DNA of 64,000 nucleotides from an uncultured Candidatus Saccharibacteria bacterium (GTDB taxonomy: Bacteria; Patescibacteriota; Minisyncoccia; Phycocordibacterales; Phycocordibacteraceae): positions 49,486 to 113,485 of the forward strand of contig CAYGGK010000001.1 of assembly GCA_964349555.1 (NCBI GenBank). The letters are read 5' to 3'. Below the pieces are notes generated by a model. That model saw only the letters and a program-made list of their open reading frames with translations, did not search any database and was not told the origin of the DNA. Made by a program: the position numbers and the translations under genes. Shown in pieces: positions 1 to 9,559 of this stretch (its first letter is position 1; every line of letters starts with the position of its first letter).

Positions 1-138
1 ACAAGAGAAATATCCCAGCCGGGGAGTACGGTTTTCGCGATTTCAGAAAACACGCGTCGCTCTCCGACTGCCGGACGACGCGTGAAGTTTCGTATTGAAA
101 CGCCCGCCATTTTATAGTGAGCAACGTTGAACTAGCAT

Positions 139-396
139 TTAACGCTTGCGCGTCTTCTTCGCGGCAGGGTCAATCTTGCCGAGCTTCACAAGTTCGTTAT
201 ACGTCTCTCGGCGAACCTTGGAGATAAGCGCGCGCTTGTGGCCGACGTTCTTTGATCGTGTTCGTTCAAAATATCGGCGATTACGCATCTCACGCACGAG
301 ACCGAGTCCTTGTGCCCTCCTGGTAAATCGGCGAATAAGCGCGGTGGAACTCTCGTTCTTTCCGCGCTTCACCTCAACTCTCGTTCCTGCTGTCAT
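139..396 (-). CDS. rpsU: 30S ribosomal protein S21
   Basis: 85-aa basic protein; the RRFTRR...GLVREMRNRRYFERTRSK...GHKRAL pattern matches S21. Confidence 0.55.
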   Translation of the reverse strand: MTAGTRVEVKRGKNESSTALIRRFTRRAQGLGLVREMRNRRYFERTRSKNVGHKRALISKVRRETYNELVKLGKIDPAAKKTRKR

Positions 397-432
397 GATT
401 TTGCAACTCTAGCACACCGGCCATACAATTGT

Positions 433-1575
433 CTACGCGAATGATTTGAGGCGTTCGGCAAGGCCGGCGAGTGGAAGGACGGTTTCTTCGTGAGTCTGGC
501 GATTGCGTAGGATGGCTGAACCCTCAAGAGCTTCTTTGCGTCCCATGATAAGGAGGTACGGACTGCCTCGCCTCTCGGCGAGATGAATCTGCTCGGTGAG
601 CGACTCCACCCCTATGTCCTGCGCCAGAGAGACACGCGCCTTGCGGAAGTCCTCGGCAAGAATAATAGAGAGTCGTTTCGCCTCGTCGCCGATGTGAACA
701 AATGAGAAACGCAATCGCGGTGACGTTGCTTTTTTCACCACACTTCCCTCGCTTGCTATGTGTAGTACTGCGCCCGTGGCACTGAAGGGAGCTCCCGGGA
801 AGATGTGACGGACGAGGTCATTGTAGCGCGAACCCCACGCGATGCGACGTCCGCCAACGCTGATATCAAAACACGTATCGTTCCACATACTGCGGCTGAT
901 AAGCGTACGCGCGAGTTCGTAGGGCGTTTCGGTCATTTCCAGATACTCGAGAAGGTCTTCAAAACGTTTACGGCTCGCGTCCGAGAGATGTTCGGTCGGG
1001 GCGGGAAGGTCCTCCGCACATTCGCGCGCGATGATGAGCTCGGCGGCCAGTAGCACGTCCTGTTTGGCGCGCGTGAGGCATTCTTCAGGGAGCGTGCTTG
1101 AGCGCTTTTTGAAAAAGTTAGAGAGTTCGCGCGCGTAGCGCGCACGGGTTTCTTTATCACCCATTGAATTTATGCGCACAACCGGTTCTTCGTGGTAGAG
1201 GTCGCGAATGAGCGCGATGAGCGCGCGAATGACCACTGCGTCTGCTATCGCGCGGTCAGCGCCGAGCGCGTGGAATTGTATCGTGGCTTTTTTCTGTGCC
1301 GGTCGGCCCTGGGCGATGTTCGTATGCCAAATGAAGAGAGGCTGTTTTTGCGTAGGTGCACACGCGGCGTTCCTGCATTGTTTCAGAAAACTTACGACTG
1401 TTTCAGCGATCGGATCCAGGGAGACATTCGCGAGAGTGTCAGGATAATTCGTCTTTGCGCGAGCTGTTCCTCGCGCGGCGGCGGTGAGTGTCGATAGTGG
1501 AGTAAATCCATAATATTGACCAACCGCGCGCGCTTTATTCAAAAGTTCTTCAGCCGGTATGGTGTCGCGCATCAT
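433..1575 (-). CDS. hisS: Histidyl-tRNA synthetase (class II aaRS, HisRS/HisZ-like)
   Basis: GGRRIAWGSRYNDLV matches the HisRS motif-3 GGRYD box. The C-terminal LLIMGRKEALEGSAILRNRQTHEE matches the class II anticodon-binding domain. A 4-nt overlap with lepB suggests an operon. Confidence 0.6.
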   Translation of the reverse strand: MMRDTIPAEELLNKARAVGQYYGFTPLSTLTAAARGTARAKTNYPDTLANVSLDPIAETVVSFLKQCRNAACAPTQKQPLFIWHTNIAQGRPAQKKATIQFHALGADRAIADAVVIRALIALIRDLYHEEPVVRINSMGDKETRARYARELSNFFKKRSSTLPEECLTRAKQDVLLAAELIIARECAEDLPAPTEHLSDASRKRFEDLLEYLEMTETPYELARTLISRSMWNDTCFDISVGGRRIAWGSRYNDLVRHIFPGAPFSATGAVLHIASEGSVVKKATSPRLRFSFVHIGDEAKRLSIILAEDFRKARVSLAQDIGVESLTEQIHLAERRGSPYLLIMGRKEALEGSAILRNRQTHEETVLPLAGLAERLKSFA

Positions 1576-2129
1576 AGAAGGGAGTACGTTGTATCGCCCG
1601 GGAAGAATCCGCTCTTCTTAATGGGGAGTAGCCGCAGATCAACACGACCGATGATGTCACTCTCTGGTAGCGGACCCCAGGTTCGGCTGTCGGAGCTGTT
1701 GGGGCGGTTATCTCCCATGACAAAATATTCTTTAGGACGAAGGGAGACATTTTTAGTATACGTCGCGTCCTCGTTGACGATGTAGGGCTCGGCGAGGGAG
1801 AGTTTTTCTCCGAGAACAGTGGTGACGGTAACGACTCCGCGATTGATGGAGACGGTTTCTCCGGGAAGTCCAACGATACGCTTGATATAGAAAACAGATG
1901 GCTTATTCGGATACCGGAAGACGATGACATCGCCGCGGGAGGGCGGCGTAAAGCGGTACACGAGCGCGTCAACAATGAGATAGTCAAGATTTTCAAAGGT
2001 CGGGGACATGGAGGCGCCATCAACAATAAACGGCGATACTACAAAGGCGCGTATCGGGATAACCACGACAACAACAAGTAATGCGAGCGTGAAAAGATCC
2101 TTCAGAAGACCCTTCCAAGTATCAGACAT
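1572..2129 (-). CDS. lepB: Signal peptidase I
   Basis: N-terminal TM, SPase I boxes (VVSPFIVDGASMSPTF, IKRIVGLPGETV, GDNRPNSSDSR). Confidence 0.85.
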   Translation of the reverse strand: MSDTWKGLLKDLFTLALLVVVVVIPIRAFVVSPFIVDGASMSPTFENLDYLIVDALVYRFTPPSRGDVIVFRYPNKPSVFYIKRIVGLPGETVSINRGVVTVTTVLGEKLSLAEPYIVNEDATYTKNVSLRPKEYFVMGDNRPNSSDSRTWGPLPESDIIGRVDLRLLPIKKSGFFPGDTTYSLL

Positions 2130-2184
2130 ACGCGCATTGTACGCATCCGCTCCAAGAGTGCAACTTTTCTGTTACCATGTGTGC

Positions 2185-2811
2185 ATGAGTATCGTCATTG
2201 TCGGGCTCGGGAATCCAGGGAAAGAATATGAAAAGACGCGGCACAACGCTGGAAGAAGCGCTGTGGAGCTGGTGGCGAAGCAAGAAAGCTTTGATGAATT
2301 TGTTTTTAACAAAACGGCGAACGCGCGTGTAAGCAAGGGCGCTATCGCAGGTGAAAATACGACACTCGTCTTGCCGGAAACATTTATGAATGCCTCCGGC
2401 AAAGCCGTCAGTGCGTTTATTCCCGCCGGAGGCGGGTCCGCCTCCGGCGGAAAAGGCAAAAAAATGTTAAAGAATCTTCTCGTCATTCACGACGACTTGG
2501 ATTTACCGCTCGGTACGGTAAAAATGGTGTTCGGTCGCGGCTCGGGAGGGCACAAGGGCGTAGAGAGCATCATGCGCGCCGTGAAGACAGAGAACTTCGC
2601 TCGCATTCGCATCGGCATCTCGGGAATGGGGAAGAAGAATCAGGCGAAGAAAGTTTCAGGAGACGAAAAAGTGCTTAAGCACGTGATAGGGAAGTGGAAG
2701 CCCGGCGAAGAAGCCGCGCTGAAAAAGACTCTGAAAAAAGTCGCAGAAACCGTCCGCCTCTTCGCCGCCTCCGGCATCGACCCTGCAACAATGTTCGCCA
2801 ACACCCGCTAG
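2185..2811 (+). CDS. pth: Peptidyl-tRNA hydrolase
   Basis: IVGLGNPGKEY...HNAG, LVIHDDLDLPLG and GGHKGV motifs. The start was trimmed to the ATG at 2185 inside the longer ORF. Carries a Gly/Lys-rich insert. Confidence 0.85.
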   Translation: MSIVIVGLGNPGKEYEKTRHNAGRSAVELVAKQESFDEFVFNKTANARVSKGAIAGENTTLVLPETFMNASGKAVSAFIPAGGGSASGGKGKKMLKNLLVIHDDLDLPLGTVKMVFGRGSGGHKGVESIMRAVKTENFARIRIGISGMGKKNQAKKVSGDEKVLKHVIGKWKPGEEAALKKTLKKVAETVRLFAASGIDPATMFANTR

Positions 2812-2814
2812 TGG

Positions 2815-3981
2815 TTACTTCTTCTTGCCGGCGAAGGTGAGCGTCATGCGCTGTTCCTTCGGCTCAAAGAGCGCGATGGTGAATGGGTACGTCTTACCGA
2901 GCTCAAGTGTTTCGCGGAGCTCGGCAGGCGTCGCAAATTCGCTCACGTGCACGAGGCCGGCGATGCCTTCCTCGATGGAGGCGAGTGCGCCGTGTTTGTT
3001 GTACTTGATAACGACGCCCAATACCTCCATACCCTTCGTATAACGCTCGGCGGCGGTGTGCCACGGATTCTCCTTGAGCGCTTTGATGGAAAGAGAAATT
3101 TTTCCGTCCTTTATCTCGATCACCTTGACGCGCACCTTGTCGCCGACCGCACAGAACATACGAGGGTCTTCCACGAGGCCCCAATCCAGCTCGCTGATAT
3201 GTACGAGACCTTCCAATCCCGGCTCCACTTTTACAAAGACACCAAAATCTACGATACCCGTCACCTCGCCTTCTGCGGTATCGTCAACCTGATACTTATC
3301 AATGATGGATGCCTTTTCTTCGGTTTCGTCTCCTACACGTTCCGAGAAAATAAGCTTGCCCTCCTTCGGATCAGCGGTGATGATACGCACCGATAAGGGG
3401 CGTCCGACGAGATTCATGAGTTCGCCGAGAATTTTATCTTTATCGCCTTCCGGCACACGCGGGTAGTGCTCCTTGGACAGTTGTGAAGCAGGGAGAAACC
3501 CAGCGATACCTTGCCACGAGAGGATGAGTCCGCCCTTGTTCGCCTCTTCAACAACGAGCGAATACGGCGTCTGCGAGAGAATCGCCGTCTCCGCTTCGCC
3601 CCAAATAGCCGCTTGCCGCGCCTCCTTAAGCGACAGCTCTATGTAGCCGTCGCGCCCGGCAGAATCCACCACCTTCGCACTGATGAGGTCTCCGGGATTC
3701 GCCTTGCGCAACACGTCTGCGGCGTTTAGGTATTCACGACCATAGATAATGCCTGTCCCGAAGGGAGGGAGGTCAACGTACACACGACCGCGACTAATCG
3801 CAATAATCGTGCCTTCAACAAGGTCGCCAACCGACGGTGGCATCGCTATGGCGTCAAGCATTCTGGCCATCGGGTGGCCCTCTGGTAGATGAATTGTCGA
3901 TGGCGGAACAATCTTTTCTTCGGACTTCTCAGACATGGTGTATAACGGTGCGGATTTTCGAGAAACGTACTCCGACGACAC
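2815..3981 (-). CDS. rpsA: 30S ribosomal protein S1 (four S1 domains)
   Basis: Repeated S1-domain signatures (G.V..I...G.FV.L..G..GL.H.SE). Confidence 0.8.
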   Translation of the reverse strand: MSSEYVSRKSAPLYTMSEKSEEKIVPPSTIHLPEGHPMARMLDAIAMPPSVGDLVEGTIIAISRGRVYVDLPPFGTGIIYGREYLNAADVLRKANPGDLISAKVVDSAGRDGYIELSLKEARQAAIWGEAETAILSQTPYSLVVEEANKGGLILSWQGIAGFLPASQLSKEHYPRVPEGDKDKILGELMNLVGRPLSVRIITADPKEGKLIFSERVGDETEEKASIIDKYQVDDTAEGEVTGIVDFGVFVKVEPGLEGLVHISELDWGLVEDPRMFCAVGDKVRVKVIEIKDGKISLSIKALKENPWHTAAERYTKGMEVLGVVIKYNKHGALASIEEGIAGLVHVSEFATPAELRETLELGKTYPFTIALFEPKEQRMTLTFAGKKK

Positions 3982-4068
3982 CGTCGGAGGGTTAGCGTCT
4001 CTCTACTTCCCCAGCACGCAATAGAAATATGCTAGCATAAGGCGCTAAAAAATGCTAGAATATGTGGG

Positions 4069-4755
4069 ATGGTTATTACGCATCATGGCGGACAATGTTT
4101 CAAGGTTACCTTCGGCGATTTGACGCTTGTCTTTGACCCGATCAGTAAGAACGGTACTTTGCCTGGAGTGCGTTTTGGCGCTGACATCGCGCTCGTCTCA
4201 CGCGACCACCCTGATATGAACGGCATAGAAGAAGTAACGTATGCGGGGAAAGCGCCATTCGCCATCACTGGCCCAGGAGAATATGAGCGGCAGGGCGTTG
4301 TTATCCAAGGATTTTTATCGCACAGCGATTATCCTGCGAGGTCTTCGACGAAGCAGGACAAGGGTTCCTATGTCAACACAATATACAGTGTAAAGCTTGA
4401 GGGCATGACGCTCGTACATCTCGGTGCACTCTCCGACACCGAGCTTTCCCACGAAGCGAGAGAGAGCATTGACGAGATAGACGTTCTTTTTGTTCCTATT
4501 GGCGGCGACTCGCCCACGCAGGCGGGAGTTCTCTCTCCCGCGAAGGCGCACGAGCTCGCCGTGTCTCTTGAGCCGAAAATTATTGTTCCGATGCATTGGA
4601 GCCTGCCTGCGCAGGCAGGCGGCATGGGCGCGTCCACGGCGCTTCAAGCTTTTCTCAAAGAGGCGGGGAACGGGGGCGAAAAGGTTGATAAACTTACCTT
4701 AAAGAAAAAAGATCTCGCAGGCCAAGAAGGGAGTATACTAGTACTAACGCCATAA
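4069..4755 (+). CDS. MBL-fold metal-dependent hydrolase (UPF0173-like)
   Basis: MVITHHGGQCFKV...LVFDP plus downstream HxHxD-like and His-rich motifs typical of the metallo-beta-lactamase fold. Confidence 0.5.
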   Translation: MVITHHGGQCFKVTFGDLTLVFDPISKNGTLPGVRFGADIALVSRDHPDMNGIEEVTYAGKAPFAITGPGEYERQGVVIQGFLSHSDYPARSSTKQDKGSYVNTIYSVKLEGMTLVHLGALSDTELSHEARESIDEIDVLFVPIGGDSPTQAGVLSPAKAHELAVSLEPKIIVPMHWSLPAQAGGMGASTALQAFLKEAGNGGEKVDKLTLKKKDLAGQEGSILVLTP

Positions 4756-4761
4756 CCGCAT

Positions 4762-5106
4762 ATGAAAACCGTTTTTGAGCACATAGAACACGTGAGAGGG
4801 AAGCCCCATCATATTCGTAAACAGATTGCGTTTAGTGTGGCGGGAGCCGTTACCGGACTCATTGCGCTTGTCTGGCTCGCCGGTTCTGTCGGAGCGGGAG
4901 TATTCGCTCTCAAGGACACTTCATTCGCACAGAGCACAGGAGGAGAGGAGGTGCGCGCCGTTTCTGGAGACCCCGCGGGGCAGCTTGCTGGGGTTACGAG
5001 TGCCGTACTTCCGAGTTTGAGTGAGCCTTCGCGTATCCAAATAATTGACGCGACATCTTCCGCTATGTTAGAGAAGGAGACCGAACAAACGACGATACCT
5101 TTCTGA
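4762..5106 (+). CDS. Hypothetical membrane protein
   Basis: One predicted TM helix; no recognisable domain. Confidence 0.3.
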   Translation: MKTVFEHIEHVRGKPHHIRKQIAFSVAGAVTGLIALVWLAGSVGAGVFALKDTSFAQSTGGEEVRAVSGDPAGQLAGVTSAVLPSLSEPSRIQIIDATSSAMLEKETEQTTIPF

Positions 5107-5130
5107 CCAAAAATACGTAATTAAATTATC

Positions 5131-7617
5131 ATGGCGCGTGAGAAAGCAGATATAAAAGATGGAGAGGGTTCCCCCCTGGGGAACCCTATCGCCGCAAATG
5201 TCATCAATCAGCCGATCGTGTCGGAGATGCGGACGTCGTATGTGGATTACGCGATGTCGGTTATTACTGGCCGCGCTCTGCCGGACGTGCGCGACGGGCT
5301 GAAGCCCGTGCATCGCCGCATCCTCTACGCGATGAAAGAGCTGGGGCTTCTCCCGGGGGCGAAGTTTCGCAAGAGCGCTTTGGTGGTCGGCGACGTGCTC
5401 GGTAAGTACCATCCGCACGGCGACACCGCAGTTTACGACTCAATGACCAAGATGGCGCAAGAATTCTCACACCGGTACCCGCTCGTTCTTGGGCAGGGCA
5501 ACTTTGGCTCCATTGACGGCGACTCGCCGGCGGCGATGCGCTACACCGAAGCAAAGATTTCTCGTATCGCCGAGGCGCTTCTTGCCGATTTGGAAAAAGA
5601 CACCGTCGCGTGGAATCCCAACTACGACGCGACACGCGAAGAACCACGAGTGCTCCCCGCCGCGCTCCCAAACCTGCTTTTAAACGGCACGCTCGGCATC
5701 GCGGTCGGCATGGCGACTAATATTCCACCGCACAATCTCCGCGAAGTCGTTGCCGCAACCATCCATCTTATTGATAATCCGGAGGCAACGACCGATGATC
5801 TTTTACAATTCGTGAAGGGTCCCGACTTCCCGCTTGGCGGCGTCGCCTTCGGTCAGGCTGACATTAAGCACGCCTATGGGTCCGGCAAGGGCTCGCTTGT
5901 TGTGCGAGGCGAAGCGGAGATTGTTGACGATGGGAAAAAGGATACAAAAATTGTCATCACCTCTATTCCGTATCGCGTGAACAAGAGCGAGCTCATCAGC
6001 CGCATCGCTGACTTGGTACAAGAAAAAAAGATTGAAGGCATCCGCGACTTGCGCGACGAGTCAACCTCGGATATCCGCGTCGTGGTGGAGTTGAAGGGCA
6101 CCGCGCATCCGCAGGCCGTTTTGAATAATCTATACAAATACACCGAGCTGGAAAGCACGTTCCACTACAACATGCTCGCGCTCGTCGACGGCGTGCCGGA
6201 GATGCTTTCGCTTTCCGGTATGCTGGAGCACTTCGTGGAGCACCGCCGAGAGGTGGTGAAGCTCCGCACGGAGTACGACCTGCGTCAGGCGACTGCAAGG
6301 GAGCACATTCTTCTCGGTCTCTCCAAGGCGCTCGACCATATTGACGAGGTCATTGCGATTATTAAGAAGTCTGCCGACGTTTCTTCCGCGAGCCTCGCGC
6401 TTCAAAAGAAGTTCGGTTTCTCTGCGCTCCAGACTGCGGCGATTCTTGAAATGAAACTCTCCAAGCTCGCGGGGCTTGAGCGTAAGAAAATCGAGGACGA
6501 GTTATCCGAGGTGCAGGCGCTCATCAAGACGTTGAAAGAGATTCTCTCCTCAGCGAAAAATATTCTCGCCGTTGTCAAGAAAGAGCTTACGGAGCTCAGT
6601 GAAAAATACGGCGACGACCGTCGCACTAGAATCGTGAAAGGCGGCGTGCAGAATATTTCCGCAGAGGACCTCGTGCCGGACGAAGACTCGATGTTGGTGC
6701 TTACCCAAGGAGGATATGTGAAGAGGACGAACCCGAGCGAATACAAGATACAAAAACGCGGCGGTGTCGGCGTCGTGGATATTGCGACGAAAGAAGAAGA
6801 CATCGTGACGCACTTCCTCGTAACGAATGCGCACAGCGACCTGCTGTTCTTCACCAACTTTGGCAAAGTGTACCAGCTCAAGATGTACGAAATACCGGAA
6901 GGGAAGCGCGCGACTAAAGGCAAGAGCATTATGAACTTCCTACCGCTCTCCGCTGAGGAGTCGGTGACGAGCGTGCTTGCGGTGCCGAAAGGGGCGGCGC
7001 TCAACGCCTCATCTGTTATGTTCGTGACGGAAGCGGGCGCGGTGAAGAGGGTAGCGGCGAAGAGTTTCGCCGACGTGCGCCGTTCCGGTATCATCGCGAT
7101 TACTCTGAAGAAAGGCGACACGCTCGTCTCAGCCCATCTTGCAGGAGAGGGCGATACCGTGTCTATCGTCACCGCGAAGGGACAGTCAATCCGTTTTGAG
7201 GTTGATGATGTTCGCGAAATGGGTCGTACCGCCGGAGGTGTGCGCGGTATGAGTGTGAAGAAGGGAGATCGCGTGGTCTCGGCTGAAGTCATTTCTGCCA
7301 CGGCCTCCGATGCGTCTATCCTCGTTATCATGAGCAAGGGTTACGGTAAGCGCACAAAAATTTCAGAATATAAGGTACAAGGTCGCGGAGGCTCGGGTAT
7401 GAAAACAGCCAATATCACGCCGAAGACTGGCGAGATTATCGGCGCGAAGGTTGTTATCGGTAGCTTGGAAGGAGAAGAGCTTGTTGTCATTTCTAAAAAA
7501 GGACAGGTAATCCGTACTTCGGTCTCTGGGATTCCGCTTCTTTCTCGTGCCACTCAAGGCGTTCGCATTATGAAGCTCTATCCTGGCGACTCCATCGCCA
7601 GCATGGTGGCACTGTAG
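5131..7617 (+). CDS. gyrA: DNA gyrase subunit A
   Basis: [29 protein letters not shown], the active-site region, and C-terminal beta-pinwheel repeats. Confidence 0.95.
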   Translation: MAREKADIKDGEGSPLGNPIAANVINQPIVSEMRTSYVDYAMSVITGRALPDVRDGLKPVHRRILYAMKELGLLPGAKFRKSALVVGDVLGKYHPHGDTAVYDSMTKMAQEFSHRYPLVLGQGNFGSIDGDSPAAMRYTEAKISRIAEALLADLEKDTVAWNPNYDATREEPRVLPAALPNLLLNGTLGIAVGMATNIPPHNLREVVAATIHLIDNPEATTDDLLQFVKGPDFPLGGVAFGQADIKHAYGSGKGSLVVRGEAEIVDDGKKDTKIVITSIPYRVNKSELISRIADLVQEKKIEGIRDLRDESTSDIRVVVELKGTAHPQAVLNNLYKYTELESTFHYNMLALVDGVPEMLSLSGMLEHFVEHRREVVKLRTEYDLRQATAREHILLGLSKALDHIDEVIAIIKKSADVSSASLALQKKFGFSALQTAAILEMKLSKLAGLERKKIEDELSEVQALIKTLKEILSSAKNILAVVKKELTELSEKYGDDRRTRIVKGGVQNISAEDLVPDEDSMLVLTQGGYVKRTNPSEYKIQKRGGVGVVDIATKEEDIVTHFLVTNAHSDLLFFTNFGKVYQLKMYEIPEGKRATKGKSIMNFLPLSAEESVTSVLAVPKGAALNASSVMFVTEAGAVKRVAAKSFADVRRSGIIAITLKKGDTLVSAHLAGEGDTVSIVTAKGQSIRFEVDDVREMGRTAGGVRGMSVKKGDRVVSAEVISATASDASILVIMSKGYGKRTKISEYKVQGRGGSGMKTANITPKTGEIIGAKVVIGSLEGEELVVISKKGQVIRTSVSGIPLLSRATQGVRIMKLYPGDSIASMVAL

Positions 7618-7624
7618 AAAATTC

Positions 7625-7921
7625 ATGGAGCAGTGGCACATCTTGGATCGGAACGGTAACCCAGAGAAAGAAGAGGAGTTGCCGGAGCGACCAGCAGATT
7701 CGAATCCAGCAGAAGGACAGGCGTTTCGGCCTTGGTACAAACAAGAAGAACATTTACATATCGAAAGTAATGCCATCAAGGGTATTCATGCCCATGGGAT
7801 GTTACAAACAGTTCAAGAACGCTTGCATCACTACTTAAGCAAAGAACCTCAGATCCTTGCGGAATTTGGAGGGAGCGAAGATGTCCTTCTTCCTACTGTC
7901 GATAATTTCCTCGAACAATGA
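7625..7921 (+). CDS. Hypothetical acidic protein
   Basis: ORF only; 4-nt overlap (ATGA) with the next gene. Confidence 0.25.
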   Translation: MEQWHILDRNGNPEKEEELPERPADSNPAEGQAFRPWYKQEEHLHIESNAIKGIHAHGMLQTVQERLHHYLSKEPQILAEFGGSEDVLLPTVDNFLEQ

Positions 7922-8226
7922 AAAAGGTTGTTGTGACGGTGCCGGTGGGGCATGCAGACAAAGTTCGGCAGGCGATAGGCGAGGCGGGTGGCGGGAAAGT
8001 CGGGAAGTATTCTTTCTGTAGTTTCAGTGTGCGTGGCACTGGACGATTTTTACCGGGTGATGGAGCGAAGCCCGCGATTGGCAAGGTAGGAAAAATTGAA
8101 GAAGTTGAGGAAGAGCAAATTGAGATTAATTGCGACGATGTTCTCGTCGAGGATGTCGTAGGAGCCATCCGTCGCGTACACCCCTACGAAGAGCCATCAA
8201 TCGACATCTACCTACTCGAAAACTAA
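7918..8226 (+). CDS. Stand-alone PII-like domain protein resembling the insert domain of NIF3/YqfO (COG3323-like)
   Basis: Pattern VVV.VP..H...V..A...AGGGK.GKYS.CSF...GTG.F.P..GA.P.IG..G.IEEVEE..IE...HPYEEPSIDIY, as remembered for the YqfO insert domain. Confidence 0.45.
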   Translation: MKKVVVTVPVGHADKVRQAIGEAGGGKVGKYSFCSFSVRGTGRFLPGDGAKPAIGKVGKIEEVEEEQIEINCDDVLVEDVVGAIRRVHPYEEPSIDIYLLEN

Positions 8227-8251
8227 CGCAGTAAAATATCCTTATCCACAT

Positions 8252-8275
8252 CCGGTCGGTCAGAGATAAGAATAT
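8252..8275. repeat. Repeat R1a: CCGGTCGGTCAGAGATAAGAATAT upstream of PaaX-like gene 1; embedded in a short inverted repeat (CTTATC...GATAAG)
   Basis: Seen directly. A second copy lies at 8901-8924, downstream of the same gene. Confidence 0.7.
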
Positions 8276-8294
8276 TTGTTTTACGATATGAGAG

Positions 8295-8876
8295 ATGGGT
8301 AAGCTTGAGACAGCATCGCGTAAAAGAAGAAGGAAACAGAATATACAACATGCCGTACTTGCTGCCGTTGCGGTCGTTGGGCTGCTCGCATGGGCGGCAG
8401 TTGCTCCGAACACTCTGAAACTCCTACGGTATTTGCCTAAAGAAAAGTACAATCTCGGATATCGAGCTCGCACGGCTGCTGGACGCCTCGTTACTAAAGG
8501 CCAGGCAAAATGGGTTGAAAGAGGTGGTAAAAAATATTTGCGACTAACTCCGGCCGGTCACAAAGCGCTTGCGTTTGAACAAACAAAGGTTACTCTCAAA
8601 AATCAGAAAAAGAAGTGGGATTGTCGGTGGCGAATGGTTGTTTTTGATATTCCAGAACGGCGGCGGCGCATTAGGATTCGTTTGCGCACATATATGAGCG
8701 AAGTCGGTTTCGTACGACTGCAGGATAGCGTGTGGGTATATCCCTACGATTGCGAAGATTTTATCGCACTTCTTAAGGCAGAGCTAAAGATCGGTAAGGA
8801 CGTACTTTATGCGATTGCTGACACAATTGAACACGACCGAGACATTCGTAAGTACTTCCATCTGCCGGAGCAATAG
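8295..8876 (+). CDS. PaaX-like (Cas2-fold middle domain) putative transcriptional regulator, paralog 1
   Basis: N-terminal hydrophobic wHTH-like segment. The motif WDCRWRMVVFDIPERRRRIRIRLR...GFVRLQDSVWVYPY recalls the PaaX middle domain. It shares about 45% identity, judged by eye, with the ORF at 15663-16250. Confidence 0.55.
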   Translation: MGKLETASRKRRRKQNIQHAVLAAVAVVGLLAWAAVAPNTLKLLRYLPKEKYNLGYRARTAAGRLVTKGQAKWVERGGKKYLRLTPAGHKALAFEQTKVTLKNQKKKWDCRWRMVVFDIPERRRRIRIRLRTYMSEVGFVRLQDSVWVYPYDCEDFIALLKAELKIGKDVLYAIADTIEHDRDIRKYFHLPEQ

Positions 8877-8900
8877 ACCAGTCAACATTCTTATAATAAA

Positions 8901-8924
8901 CCGGTCGGTCAGAAATAAGAATGT
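8901..8924. repeat. Repeat R1b: CCGGTCGGTCAGAAATAAGAATGT downstream of PaaX-like gene 1; flanked by the inverted repeat CATTCTTAT...ATAAGAATG
   Basis: Seen directly; 22/24 identity to R1a. Confidence 0.7.
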
Positions 8925-8981
8925 ACAGAAGAAATAATAGTTTGTCGTTCGTTTCAGGTGTTTTCCTATTGAGGTGTTGAT

Positions 8982-9007
8982 TGCGCGGCCCGTCCACGGG
9001 CCGCGCA
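8982..9007 (+). terminator. GC-rich hairpin (11-bp stem TGCGCGGCCCG / CGGGCCGCGCA, 4-nt loop) followed by a T-rich run; candidate intrinsic terminator or regulatory hairpin
   Basis: Perfect inverted repeat seen directly. It lies between PaaX-like gene 1 and the methyltransferase start. Confidence 0.4.
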
Positions 9008-9022
9008 TGTTATTTTATAGGC

Positions 9023-9559
9023 ATGACGGCCCATTTCAGTTCTCCGAGAGAGAATGTGCTACACCTTGGCTTGCGCGAGGGAATGAAGGTTGGAGACCTT
9101 GGCGCTGGTAGCGGCCATTACGCGCGCGCGGCCGCCGCCATCGTGGGGCACGGCGGTAAGGTCTACGCAATTGATGTGCAAGAGGACGTCCTTAAGCACC
9201 TCAAACTCAACACGCACGACCACCACAAAAGCATCATTGACGTGCTCTGGGGCAACATTGAGAAGCCTGGCGGGACGCATCTGCGCGACGCATCGTTAGA
9301 TGCCGTTATCCTCGCTAACACACTCTTCCAGGTTGAGAATCGTGACGGGTTACTTGCAGAGATCAAACGCGTTCTGAAGCAGGGGGGAAAGTTTATGCTT
9401 ATCGATTGGGCGGGTAGCTATGGGGGTATGGGCCCCACACCCGACCAAATCGTGCCTGAACACGAAGCCGAAGCGCTTTTCATCAACGGCGGTTTCCACA
9501 AGGTGAAGTCATTTCGCGCCGGGCCGCACCATTACGGCATTATCTTTACCGCACCATGA
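9023..9559 (+). CDS. Class I SAM-dependent methyltransferase (Methyltransf_11/25-like)
   Basis: VGDLGAGSG (motif I), VYAIDV (motif II), LDAVILANTL, GGKFMLIDW. The start was trimmed to the ATG at 9023. Confidence 0.65.
   Translation: MTAHFSSPRENVLHLGLREGMKVGDLGAGSGHYARAAAAIVGHGGKVYAIDVQEDVLKHLKLNTHDHHKSIIDVLWGNIEKPGGTHLRDASLDAVILANTLFQVENRDGLLAEIKRVLKQGGKFMLIDWAGSYGGMGPTPDQIVPEHEAEALFINGGFHKVKSFRAGPHHYGIIFTAP

Noticed and set aside
6402-7337. 311-aa minus-strand ORF inside gyrA
   Set aside because: Antisense to an unambiguous gyrA reading frame; Ser/Thr/Arg-rich composition.
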